From contig NC_092670.1 of assembly GCF_964355755.1 (NCBI RefSeq), forward strand, positions 7,120,201 to 7,184,200: DNA of 64,000 bases, read 5' to 3'. The notes below the pieces were generated by a model. That model was not told where the DNA came from. It did no database searches and worked only from the letters and a program-made list of their open reading frames with translations. This stretch comes from Antedon mediterranea (lineage: Eukaryota > Animalia > Echinodermata). The position numbers and the translations under genes were made by a program. Shown here piece after piece: positions 26,773 through 39,449 of the stretch. How positions within the stretch are numbered: the stretch's first letter is position 1; each line of letters opens with the position of its first letter.

Positions 26773-29700
26773 AATGGATATGAAAGGGTTCCTAGCAATA
26801 TCATTTTATTGGCTCAACGTGTAGATCAATCAGTTTTAAGCTTGCCATAGTCATACTTAATGTTTTGGAGGACGACAACGCCCTCAAAACGCCCCTGAGA
26901 AACCTGTGAAAAACCTTTTGTGACGTCACTAAAAGTTATTTTTGTATTACAGAGATAGGAATTTAGCAGTAAATCATTGATTGATGCAAAAGCATGGTAG
27001 TAATTACTTATTGCTTTGATATTTTTATTCTTGGATAAGTATGTTAGCCTAATCGAATAAAATTAATTCATATTATCAACCAAGTTTTTTTTAAAACGGA
27101 TTTTCATTTCGTTTTTCAAGGCCATCTTTTACGAAATTCATAGCCAAATGCCTATCTTGCTGGGTACACGGAGTTATTTTGCGCATGCGTGAGAATCACA
27201 GAGTCGACCACCTTGGCCTCTCTCTCGACCCTCCGCCGAGCGATGTTTATTTCGCTATTTATAAATTATATTATACACGTATTATTGAAACATTCATTTT
27301 ATTATTATTTCGTTGTAATTAACTGAAATTGATGGAAATTCGTCCACATCGTCAGCTTGTTAACACGGGTGTTAACATCGTTTTGAAGAAACGGTTGGAC
27401 GAGTAAATGGTGTTTGACAATGCCATGGCCTGGAGCTAGCTAGGCCTAGGCCTAGGCCTTTTTAGTAGTGATGACTGCTGGATACGGTGTTTAGTCGCCC
27501 GGCCAGAGAGGTGAGCTGAGAGCGTATGCTCCTTGATGTATCGTTGAGGGTGTTAATGGTAGGCACAATTGTGTTACTGTATTATGTATATACACATTAT
27601 TTATAAGTACGTTTATTAATATTGTTGTGTGCTGTAGTGTCCTGACTAACGTATTATTAAAATATTTTTTTTTGTTATTACATGCCGCCCTACTAGCTAG
27701 TAGGCTAGGCAACACTGAATACTAAATATTATGATTCCTAATAAATAGAGTTGGATTTTCTCTAATGTAGTAATAAAGGTTATAACAGGCCAGGCCTAGT
27801 TAGGGTATTTCAGCTTGTATCATATACAGTACCATATACAGTACAGTATACAGTAAATAAACAATTCATTTGTATTTTTACCTACCTACAGGTCTATAAT
27901 TGGAGTGCAATTATGATAATTGATGGACGAGATAAGCAAATGTATTTATTGATTGGAATGGAAGCGCAAATGTTAGAGTAAAATTATAATATTAAGGTAA
28001 CAGATACTGAGCATTGCTATTTTAAACTGTTGATCAAACCTACATAATACATTATACTAAAATTATTATTTTGTTTTGAGGGCAGATAAACATGTGCTTA
28101 TTCATTTTCCTTTTTTCAGGTGAATAGAAAGATACCCAGAGTACTTTATAATAGATGCTACTTGGATCATGCTTGCACGATACATTTATGCAGTATACTA
28201 AGACACCAAGTATAGAATGAGCGCAGACAATTAAAATTACAGAACTAAATATTTATGAAGAATAGTAAAATATGCATAATAGAATTCTTTAGACGCGAGT
28301 GCTAGGGTTACAGTCATACTGTAACTATGGTAATGTACTACCAGACAGTACACTAGTAGCAGTGCATCATATAGTGTTTGTTTTTAACCATCTAAATGGG
28401 TCTGGGTGTGAGTGAGTGGCCGAGCGGTTAAGACAGTGGAACCGTAATCACGTAGCCATAACATCGGCAGGGGTTCGAGGCTCACTCACTCCGTGGTTCT
28501 GGTGGTAGAACGAGTCTTCTCGGATAAGGACTATAAACCGTAGGTCCAGTGTACACAACTTGCTCGTGTGCACTTTAAAGAACCTAGTACATCTTTCGAG
28601 ATGAGTAGGGGGTTACCCCGGTGTATTAGTACATCACAGCCACTGATCACCAACTGGGCCCTCTGGGAGATCAGTCTTTGACTGAAGAGGTCACCCAGTA
28701 TAAAGATAAAACAAACAAAAAACAAATAAAAACAAATACTGTATAAACAAATAAACCACTACTGTACTTCTTTTTTTATTTATTTAGCCAAATACTATGT
28801 ACAATGGACATTTATGAAAGAATCCATCTCTTGAATATGATGGAGCTGGCTGGTGGTGTTGATAGAATTAAAATGTATCACTCAGGTCTCAAAAGTAATT
28901 TATGTCCTGTTTGAAAAATCCTGCTTGTTCCAAACTCATTATGATACATTTGTTCAATAAAATTCATTCAACACACTATTTCTGCCATATAATTTGATGT
29001 TTACAATTTTATTACTAGTACTATTACAGTTCTTCAAAGCCATCTCATGTACTGTTGATTCCATAAATCTGCAAAGATAAGACCAATAAATGGATGGAAA
29101 TGTACTATTATTTTTATTCAATCCTACCTCTAGGCCCTATAGTATTATATTTTATGACTTGGTAACAAACAGAAAGAGGTTATTATTTAATTACACTACA
29201 GTTACTAACTACACTATAATAATCCTCTCGGCCTCACCTCCTCTGCTCTACTTTAATTATTAGTATTATCATATTACTATATTAGTCAATAACAAAAGTC
29301 AGAGCCAAAAACAAGTTCAACACAAGCTTACCTTTTTTATTTACGTCGCCTTTTACATACGTCTACGCCCGCGCCTTGTCCACTTCCTGGAGGTTCGTCG
29401 GTGGACCGGCGACTGCTACTCTCTTGTACTGTAGTAGGCCATGGAGTAACTCCATGTGTAGGCCTAGCCTACTACTAGCGAATTTAGAAGAAACTATAGT
29501 CTACTAGACCTAGCCTAATTTGTAGTCTGCGTGAGTGGTTTAGTGTGAGAAGTACAAATACACACTTTCTTCTTTTCACGTACAATCTTTGCAGACATAA
29601 CTTTTTATTGATTTGTGAAATATCGATATTTTCTACGACTGCAGCAACAGGGAGCTTGCAACACGCGAGTCTCGTGTAGCATGGGTTTGTTTATTTTGTT

Positions 29701-30037
29701 TACACCACACACAGTCCGCGAACGAGACAAGGCGGTGATTGGACTGTATTAAAATTCATTAACCATTCACAAAACGACTGCTGCCGTGGCTACAACCCCG
29801 GGTGTTTCAAACTCTAAATTTGACAATCTCGTACGTGCGTATAGAACGTTCATAAAAATTAAGATGGCGTGCCAGTTGGTCGGCCATTTTGCGGACGTTT
29901 TATACAAAAATTTAATTTGTTTATTTCTCAATTTCTACTAGGTATTTGAATCTAATTTTTTGTGTGCTGTTTATTAACATTAAAAGGATTCATACAAAGT
30001 CCTTTTTGTGAAATTTTAAAATCCTTTCATATCCATT
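26773..30037. mobile_element. Kolobok-like TIR element
   Basis: 15-bp TIR AATGGATATGAAAGG flanked by TTAA on both sides. Confidence 0.65.
28409..28735 (+). mobile_element. tRNA-derived DeuSINE, full length
   Basis: A box TGGCCGAGCGG, B box GGTTCGAG, Deu-like core (ctcggataaggactataaaccg..taaagaacc..agtagggggttaccccggtg), A-rich tail. Confidence 0.8.
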
Positions 30038-30735
30038 TTAAAATGTTTTGAAAAGTATTGTTATTTAAAAAAAATTACTTAGTAAGTGGTCGAATCGTAT
30101 AAACATGTTACATAATATTATGTTGCGAGTGTAAAAAACGAAAGTTTAGGTAAGAAATCGAAGATATAACGGTGTGGTGCGAAACTGCAGTAGCGCCGAA
30201 ATTTGTAGCATAATCTATAGCAGGCCTAGCCTAGGCCAGCTCTTTGTTAATGTTGGTGCCTAACTAGCCTGACCCTTCGTCGCCTTGTAAATTGTACAGC
30301 CTTCTAAGGTGTTTTACAGATTGCCGATTGACGGCTAATTAATTGCTGTACCTGTATAATATATGCACAATATACTGTACATAGCATGTATTGCATAAAT
30401 ATGCTATAAAGGAAGATAATAATCTGTAACCTAACATTCGCCGCCATATATCCCTAGACAAAAATAATAACAATAAAGGACGCCCTCAATAATTATTTTG
30501 TCAGAGACTTTTTATTGGCCGAATATGTCCGACTCCTTTCTCACAGAAAGCCGGTATATACCGGTTATATTTCCGGCACGATAGTCCGATGAGAATGGGT
30601 ATATGCCGGTAACGATACCGGCACGACGCCAGCACTGTACCGGTATATTGCAGACACATCTGTGAGAAAGGGGCTATGGAGATAAATATAGGAGATACAA
30701 ATTTTAAAAAAAATAAAATAAAAAATAAAATGCCA

Positions 30736-33700
30736 TAGTCCATGGGCTGGAGGGGGTTACCGTGCACCCCCCCCCCCCCACAGTTAAACTTCTTTGGTAT
30801 CATTTTCTTCTCACGGACATATAGAGTGAAAAAATCGATGTTAACAAGAAAAATATAGGGATGCATTGTATGTACTTGCGTCATTTGTAATGATCATCAG
30901 TGTTTTATCTTCAAATATTTGTTGGGGTAGGGGGTAACATTTATCCTAATAACCCAAGAATCCAACATCTAATTAGTATTATCTTAGTAACATTGTGTAG
31001 CATACATCTTTTAAAATCTTTTAAATTTAAATAAAATTAATCGGAAGATTATTAAGGTCAGTAGAGGTCAAAAGGTTATTGACCTTTTGCAAAATGCAAA
31101 TTTTTCCCAAAATATAGATAAATTTCAATATCGTATCTACAATTTTCAATATTTTTTATCTTAATTGGGTTTTACTTGTGCTTACTGACATATTGAATAA
31201 GAAAATATATGTTAACAAGATAAAAATTGCAGTTCATTATATACAAATTGTTATTTTTTATTGTTAAAAATTGCAATAAAAATACATTTTTTGGGGTAGG
31301 AGGTAACAATAATAGAAATAACCCAAGAATCAAATATCTAATTAGTATGATCTTGGTGTCGTTGTGTAGCATTTATGTTTTTTAATCACATAAAATTTAA
31401 ATAAAATTAATCGAACCATTTTTAAGGTCAGTAGAGGTCAAAAGGTCACTGACCTTTTTTCAAAATTGCAAATATTTGCCATAATGATATACATTTCAAA
31501 TCTCTAATTTTCAATATTTTTTATTTTAATTGTGTTTTACTTGTGTTTACTGACATATTGAATAACAAAATATGTGTTAACATGAAAAAAATTGCACTGC
31601 ATTAATACCAATTGTCATGTAATTTTGTTATTCTTCAAAATTACAATAAAAAGACATTTTTGGGGTAGGGGGTAACAATTATCCCAATAACCCAAGAATC
31701 CAACACCTAATTAGTATTATCTTGGTACCATTGTGTAGCATACATCTTTTAAAATCTTATAAATTTTAAATAAAATTAATCGGACTATTAGTAGGGTCAG
31801 TAGAGGTCAAAATGTCATTGATCTTTTACAAAAATGCACATTTTTGCCAAAATATAGATAAATTTCAAAATAGTATCTATAATTTTCAATATGTTTTATC
31901 TTAATTGTGTTTTACTTGTGCTTACTGACATATTGAATAAGAAAATATATGTTAACAAGATTAACATTGCAGTTCATTATACACAAGTTATCATTTTTTA
32001 TTCTTAAAAATTGTAATAAAAATACATTTTTTGGGTAGGGCGTAACATTAATAGCAATAACCCAAGAATCAAACATCTAATTAGTATGATCTTGGTGTCG
32101 TTGTGTAGAATTCGTTTTTTTTTAACCATATAGAATTTTAATAAAATTGATTGAACCATGTTTAAGGTCAGTAGAGGTCAAAAAGGTTACTGACCTTTTG
32201 CAAAATTGCAAATATTTGCCATTATGAGATACATTTCAATATCAAATCTCCAATTTGTTCAATACTTTTCATTTTAATTGTGTTTTACTTGTGTTTACTG
32301 ACATTGAATAACAAAATGTGTGTTAACATGAAAAAATTGCAGTGCATTAATACCATTGTCATGTAATTTTATTATTCTTCAAAATTGAAATAAAAAGACA
32401 TTTTTGGGGTAGGGGGTAGCATTAATACCAATAACCCAAGAATAAAACATCTAATTAGTACGATCTTGGTATCGATGTATAGCATATATGTTTTTGTAAT
32501 CATGTAGAATTTAAATGAAATTAATCGAACGATTATTAAGGTCAATGGAGGTAAAAATATAAATATTTCAATATCAGATCTCCAATTTTCGATATGTTTT
32601 TATTTGAATTGTCTTTTACTTGTGCTTACTAACATATTGAATAAGAAAACGTGTGTTAAGATAAAAAATGTCAGTACATTGTAATTTTGTAATTGTTAAA
32701 AATTGCAATAAAAAGACATTTTTGGGGTAGCGTAGTAACATTTATAAGAATAACCCAAGTATCAAACATCTAATTTGTATGTTCTTGGTATCGTTGTGTA
32801 GAAAAAATAAAAATTATGCAGAATTTAAATAAAATTAAACAAAATGCTACACAACGATACCAAGATCATACAAATTAGATGTTTGATTCTTGGGTTATTC
32901 TTCTTCTTATAAATGTTACCTGCTACCCCAAAAATGTCTTTTTATTGCAATTAAAAATTGACAATTTCTATACAATGTACTGCAATTTTTTATCTTAACA
33001 CAAATTTTCTATATTCAATATGTTAGTAAGCACAAGTAAAAGACAATTCAAATAAAAAAATATCGCGAATTGGAGATCTGATTTTGAAATATATCTCATT
33101 TTGCCAAAAAATTACATTTTTGCAAAAGGTCAGTGACCTTTTGACCTCTACTGACCTTAGTATCGTTCGATTAATTTCATTTAAATTCTACATGATTACA
33201 AAAATATATGCTACACATCGATACCAAGATCATACTAATTAGATGTTTGATCCTTGGGTTATTGGTATTAATGCTACCCCCTACCTCCAAAAATGTCTTT
33301 TTATTGCAATTTTGAAGAATAATAAAATTACATGACAATGGTATTATTGTACTGCAATTTTTTTCATGTTAACACACATTTTGTTATTCAATGTCAGTAA
33401 ACACAAGTCAAACACAATTAAAATAAAAGTATTGAAAAAATTGGAGATTTGATATTGAAATATATCTCATTATAGCAAATATTTGCAATTTTGCAAAAGG
33501 TCAGTGACCTTTTTGACCTCTACTGACCTTAAACATGGTTCAATTAATTTTATTAAAATTTTATATGATTAAAAAACACAAATGCTACACAACGACACCA
33601 AGATCATACTAATTAGATGTTTGATTCTTGGGTTATTGCTATTAATGGTACACCCTACCCCAAAAAATTTATTTTTATTGCAATTTTTAAGAATAAAAAA

Positions 33701-35715
33701 TGATAATTTGTGTATAATGAACTGCAATTTTAATCTTATTAACATATATTTTATTATTTAATTTGTCAGTAAGCACAAGTAAAACACAATTAAGATAAAA
33801 CATATTGAAAATTGTAGATACTATGTTAAAATTTATCTATATTTTGACAAAAATGTGCATTTTTGTAAAAGGTCAATGACCTTTTGACCTCTACTGACCC
33901 TACTAATAGTCCGAATAATTTTATTTAAATTTTATAAGATTTTAAAAGATGTATGCTACACAATGGTACCAAGATAATACTAATTAGGTGTTGGATTCTT
34001 GGGTTATTGGGATAATTGTTACCCCCTACCCCAAAAATGTCTTTTTATTGTAATTTTGAAGAATAACAAAATTACATGACAATTGGTATTAATGCAGTGC
34101 AATTGTTTTCATGTTAACACATATTTTGTTATTCAATATGTCAGTAAACACAAGTAAAACACAATTAAAATAAAAAATATTGAAAATTGGAGATTTGATA
34201 TTGAAATGTATCTCATTATGGCAAATATTTGCAATTTTGCAAAAGGTCAGTGACCTTTTGACCTCTACTGACCTTAAAAATGGTTCGATTAATTTAATTC
34301 AAACTTTATATGATTAAAAAACATGAATGCTACACAACGACACCAAGATAATACTAATTAGATGTTTTATTCTTGGGTTATTGCTATTATTGTTAACCCC
34401 TACCCCAAAAAATGTATTTTTATTGCAATTTTTAACAATAAAAAATAAGAATTTGTATATAATGAACTGCAATTTTTATCTTGTTAACATATATTTTCTT
34501 ATTCAATATGTCAGTAAGCACAAGTTAAACACAATTAAGATAAAAAATATTGAAAATTGTACATACGATATTGAAATTTATCTATATTATGGGAAAAGTT
34601 TGCATTTTGCAAAAGGTCAATGACCTTTTGACCTCTACTGACCTTAATAATCTTCCGATTAATTTTATTTAAATTTTAAAAGATTTTAAAAGATGTATGC
34701 TACACAATGTTACTAAGATAATACTAATTAGATGTTGGATTCTTGGGTTATTGGGATAATTGTTACCCCCTACCCCAAAAATGTCTTTTTATTGTAATTT
34801 TGAAGAATAACAAAATTACATGACAATTGGTATTAATGCAGTGCAATTGTTTTCATGTTAACACATATTTTGTTATTCAATATGTCAGTAAACACAAGTA
34901 AAACACAATTAAAATAAAAAATATTGAAAATTGGAGATTTGATATTGAAATGTATCTCATTATGGCAAATATTTGCAATTTTGCAAAAGATCAGTGACCT
35001 TTTGACCTCTACTGACCTTAAAAATGGTTCGATTAATTTTATTCAAATTTTATATGATTAAAAAACATGAATGCTACACAACGACACCAAGATCATACTA
35101 ATTAGATGTTTTATTCTTGGGTTATTGCTATTATTGTTAACCCCTACCCCAAAAAATGTATTTTTATTGCAATTTTTAACAATAAAAAATAACAATTTGT
35201 ATATAATGAACTGCAATTTTTATCTTGTTAACATATATTTTCTTATTCAATATGTCAGTAAGCACAAGTAAAACACAATTAAGATAAAAAATATTGAAAA
35301 TTGTACATACGATATTGAAATTTATCTATATTTTGGGAAAAATTTGCATTTTGCAAAAGGTCAATGACCTTTTGACCTCTACTGACCTTAATAATCTTCC
35401 GATTAATTTTATTTAAATTTTAAAAGATTTTAAAAGATGTATGCTACACAATGTTACTAAGATAATACTAATTAGATGTTGGATTCTTGGGTTATTAGGA
35501 TAAATGTTACCCCCTACCCCCAAAAAATATTTGAAGATAAAACACTGATGATCCTTACAAATGCCGCAAGTACATACAATGCATCCCTATATTTTTCTTG
35601 TTAACATCGATTTTTTCACTCTATATGTCCATGGGAAGAAAATCATACCAAAGAAGTTTAACTGTGGGGGGGGGGGGTGCACGGTAAACCCCTCCAGCCT
35701 CCAGCCCATGGACTA
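30736..35715. mobile_element. Academ-like 5-kb foldback element with arms made of ~370-bp tandem repeats
   Basis: TAGTCCATGGGCTGG..CCAGCCCATGGACTA termini; 3-bp TSD cca; whole element is an inverted repeat centred near 32825. Confidence 0.8.
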
Positions 35716-35829
35716 CCACTATTTAATTTGATTATTCCCATGAGCAACGAAGTTGTATTTATCAATAGTTTGTTTAAACATTAAATTAAACATATATAAT
35801 TGAATAAATAAATATTTACATTTAATTAG

Positions 35830-35970
35830 GCACGTGTGATTATGTTTGCATTTACACTGGAATGTGTATAAGCAGTAATCGTATCTGCGATGGTATAAGT
35901 GACTGCCTATATGGCGACGATGAATATGGATGTGGAGCAACACCATATCCTACATCTTATCCATCAAACG
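35830..35970 (+). CDS. LDL-receptor class A exon 2
   Basis: TCDYVCIYTGMCISSNRICDGISDCLYGDDEYGC; 141 nt; paralog of 25671. Confidence 0.85.
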
Positions 35971-36306
35971 GTTTGTTTTTCGCTTAGTGAACAATTTACT
36001 TATTGTATAATACAATACTATTAATTGTAAATGAACAAAGTCAAATAAGTACGCAAGTGCAACTGAAGATAGTGGCCTTCTTTTACAAAGTTACATCCAC
36101 AAAATGAATGAAAAACCATGTGAAAAAAAATACAGTATTAAAATAAAAAGGACGTCGTAGTAATATACAATACACATCTTCATTGACCACGACAGTGACA
36201 CAAAGTAATTATTAGGCTGTATAATGAATCTGTTTCATTGATAAAATGTGTACGTTTAAATGTATTTAAAGAAATATTTTTATTTATATCTAATTTTTTT
36301 TTTCAG

Positions 36307-36645
36307 AATGTAACATAACTGCAATTTATCTTCAGGATGCGAATGTTTCATATTCATTTACATCTCCAAATTATCCAAATAATTACCAGAACTATTTAAA
36401 TTGCGAATGGACAGTGTCCACCTCTTCAGAGTTTGTTATTCTTCTTCAGTTCAACGACTTTCAACTAGAGTATGGATATGATTATCTGTATGTTGGGTTT
36501 GAAGAAAATAGTTATGAGTATACTTTCACAGGTTCATCCATTCATTCTATAATTTCCGAAAACTCGACACTGTGGATCCGTTTCTACACGGACTACAGTG
36601 TGACATATAGAGGATTCAATGCAACAGTAACGGCTTTAACAAATG
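36307..36645 (+). CDS. CUB domain exon 3
   Basis: Close paralog of 23521-23859; open, 339 nt, phase 1-1. Confidence 0.88.
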
Positions 36646-37231
36646 GTAATTTGTGTATTTTTTTACTGGTTTTATTGTTTTTTTGAAATTCCTATGTATG
36701 TTGACCACAAGCAAGACAATACGTATGTAAAAAGCGTCCACATTAATTCACACTACTACATTATCAACAATATTCCACATTACATTAACAAGATATTTTC
36801 ATATTTTTAGCTTTGAAATGCACTCGTTATCGTTACATGGCATACCACTTGTAAACATTAAACAAATCACCGAATTTCACAGCAATACAATATAATTACT
36901 TTGTGTACGTGTACGTGTACATGATTGATTTTTATGAATGGAATAAAAACAAAACGCATTTGTTGTTTACCACAAACGGTACAGTACAATAATAAAAAAA
37001 AAAATAATAATAATTAAATCTTAGCGGACATTTAAATACAAAGAGCATCTTTTCTATTTTTGGAAATAATGTAAGAATTCAATTTTAAATTATAAATTGA
37101 GAAAAGCAATTACATTTTTTCACCATGTTCTCGTCTCCACTAATAATATCTGCATCTAGATAATATCACAGTTTCACAGATAATCGTAATAAAAATCTCG
37201 TTGAATTGGTTTATTTTGGTCTTAATATTAG

Positions 37232-37336
37232 ATTGTGACTTTTTTTGCCATGATGGTTTGTGCTTAGATGAGTCTCTCGTCTGTAACGGTAACAGCGAAT
37301 GTACAAATGGGGAAGACGAATTAAACTGTGTCAACG
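37232..37336 (+). CDS. LDL-receptor class A exon 3
   Basis: DCDFFCHDGLCLDESLVCNGNSECTNGEDELNC; 105 nt, phase 1-1. Confidence 0.82.
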
Positions 37337-37423
37337 GTATGCTTTATTTTTAACCTTTCCGGTTTTATCAGAAATTGTATTTGATATAGTTTTCAGTTGT
37401 TATTTATGTTGTCCACATACAAA

Positions 37424-37903
37424 TTGACTAACAATAGAACAGCAACGCGAAAAACACACGGGTGAATTTGAAAAGAAATAGGTTTTTTAAACTATTCGCA
37501 TAAAAAAACCTGTATATTGAATCAACTTTTGTTTTAAAATTACAAATCACAAATTATAACCCTTACCTCTTGTCCAAAAATGAGGTTTTTTGGACAAGTA
37601 GTTCTCGAGAAAATGTAATTTCAGTTTACTTGTTACTTTAAAACTGCTCACCGGCTTTTGAAAATTGTCTCCTATCTTTTAACACTAGCCGGTCTGAAAA
37701 TAATATCATTTTTGTTATTTGTGAAGTTATTAATAAACCAATTTTGTTGATTTTCAATAGGCGTGGTCTGAATGTATATACCTATCTACACCCAAAAATT
37801 CAGAATGATAACTTGAAAACTGTAGGCTCTATCGTGCTAACAAACAAACAAACACACAAACAAAGTGAATACTATACTTGGCAAAATTCTTTTTGCCAAG
37901 TAA
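37424..37903 (-). mobile_element. HINE 'Y3' (Y-related, lacks its CTAG end)
   Basis: Core shared with 16089-16380 and 16700-16827; terminal hairpin TACTTGGCAAAA..TTTTGCCAAGTA beside (aaac)n. Confidence 0.65.
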
Positions 37904-39214
37904 CAAACATACGCTACCGATTACATATACCTCCTTGGCGGAGGTAAAAAATAGAGTTGATAGGTCCCGGAAATTTAACGTATTATACTTCGAAGCATAA
38001 AAAAAAATATATACCGGTACGTCTCCAGAACCAACCCTACCATGGATATGGAAAAAAAATGAAAAAAAGAGAGCTCTATGTTCCCAGATAATGCACTAAC
38101 TGTATATTGTACATCGAAATATGAAACGAAATGTATAAGTATCCATGACCAGCTCTATAATTGGGGACGATTGAGCTAAGACAATTTTGAAAACTAGAGC
38201 TGCAGGTCTTCAAAAAGTACACTTATAACTTTAAAAAATTCAGGCCTAAAGGCCTAAAAACGTGACCCTTTTTACCTTTTATTTGTAGGGGAATGCATCC
38301 GCAAGCGTAGACCATTTTCCTTCGGGGAAAATCAGTTCATTTCCCAGATGTGAATCTGGAATTTCGATGTATGATGAGCAGTTCATGATAATATACAGGA
38401 CATTGGAAATGTAATAACTTAGCTATAATAAGATGTTGGAAAAATGTTTGTTTAGTGATGTAGGCGAGCCTACAGTGAAACGTCTATTTTAGGTACCCCA
38501 CGGTACAGGGTTAATCGTAAATAAAAAAAAAACAATAGATCGCGAACATAATTCGTACCCTTTTGCTGTAGAGCGTACGTCGATACACAGTACACACGTA
38601 ACGCTTCGGTAAAGTTCGCCTGGAAACTAACAGTACACATTCTGGTCCCTGGATGGAACATGATATCACGCGTAAACCGCAATGGTCCGGGCCCAATGTT
38701 AAACGTACAAATGGACACCGCCAGACAAGTGCGTACCTATTGTTTATTGGATCGCCGGCAATAATGCAGGCAAAAAAAGTGTAATAGCTCTCCGTCCGAC
38801 GTACTAAAAAATGGAACGTCGCGGTTTTCTAGGCGCTGAAGATACGAAGTGAACGCGAATGATTTTTACTGTATATTATATTCCCCGACGGGGGGGGGGC
38901 TAGGCTCCCCGACGAGGGGGCTAAATCCCCCGTAGCCCCCCCCCCCCGCTGGCGCCACCACTGCTGCCTAGAAACATATTTACTTGAGCCATTAGACTTC
39001 GAAAGCGCAACCATAAAATTTAAATTGTGACCTAATACGTTACCATTAAAGAGACGTACCTCAAGCTGGTCAGATAAAAGCAAAAATGACGGTCTATATA
39101 CCCTACGTAACTCTAAATCCACCAAAGATCTTAGGAATCATGTCCTGCGCTCCAGAATATTAGACTGAGTAATTGGCAATACTCGAGCAAAAGCTATCGA
39201 ATGCAATTGACGTT

Positions 39215-39272
39215 TGGAACCAATTTAATAATGGAACCAATTTAATAATGGAACCAATTTAATAATGGAACA
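39215..39272. repeat. 17-bp tandem repeat (tggaaccaatttaataa), about 3 copies
   Basis: Directly visible. Confidence 0.85.
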
Positions 39273-39449
39273 ATAGACCAAAAATTCATGTATGTTCTTC
39301 GTTCACCTGTACTTGATCTTCCTATAAATATTGAAGTTGCATTCGATAGATTTTGTAACGGTTTCACCAAACGGGCATGGAAAAAGAGAAGGGAAATCAA
39401 CAATGAAAATAATTAGTTCTTTGCTTTTTTAATCTTTTAAATTTTTTAA

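Larger units (their letters stand above)
26203..30197. mobile_element. Merlin-like TIR element
   Basis: About 45-bp TIR GGCGYTACTGCAGTTTCGCACCACAC; GG..CC termini; exact 8-bp TSD gaaatttg. Confidence 0.75.
25856..30675. mobile_element. PIF/Harbinger-like TIR element hosting nested TEs (family tentative)
   Basis: 17-bp perfect TIR AGCCCCTTTCTCACAGA; subterminal ctgtgagaa repeats; possible Myb/SANT-like remnant MSNWWDNEITELLKIRGQEEI at 26138; no clean TSD. Confidence 0.6.
15893..37947 (-). mobile_element. Helentron/DINE-1-like HINE 'Z' (ends 22 kb apart)
   Basis: Left end ACTAG, hairpin cactc-cga-gagtg, subTIR tacctccgcc; right end hairpin TACCTCCTTGGCGGAGGTA; removing it restores the hAT internal repeat aagaacattttgaaaaatagag. 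Confidence 0.7.
14951..38963. mobile_element. hAT-type non-autonomous element expanded to 24 kb by nested insertions and exon cargo
   Basis: TIRs CAGTGGTGGCGCCA / TGGCGCCACCACTG; exact 8-bp TSD ctgcctag on both sides; subterminal ccccgacg motifs and the same ~120-bp internal repeat in both halves. Confidence 0.8.

Noticed and set aside
28409-28490. tRNA genes here and at 50499 and 54100-54177
   Set aside because: These are SINE heads followed by a Deu-like core and tail, without a proper cloverleaf.
28531-28725. Conserved small protein repeated at 53874-54059
   Set aside because: Antisense translation of the DeuSINE.
31172-35271. Three similar ORFs beginning MLHNDTKIILIR as a small gene family
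   Set aside because: They are translations of the 370-bp satellite unit on both arms of the foldback element; other units are broken.
14943-38971. Explaining the matching TSDs as two independent hAT insertions or a simple tandem duplication
   Set aside because: I see only one left and one right end, the 8-mer matches exactly, the inner HINE ends also rejoin one repeat unit, and the enclosed DNA is not a copy of either flank. A misassembly cannot be excluded without reads.
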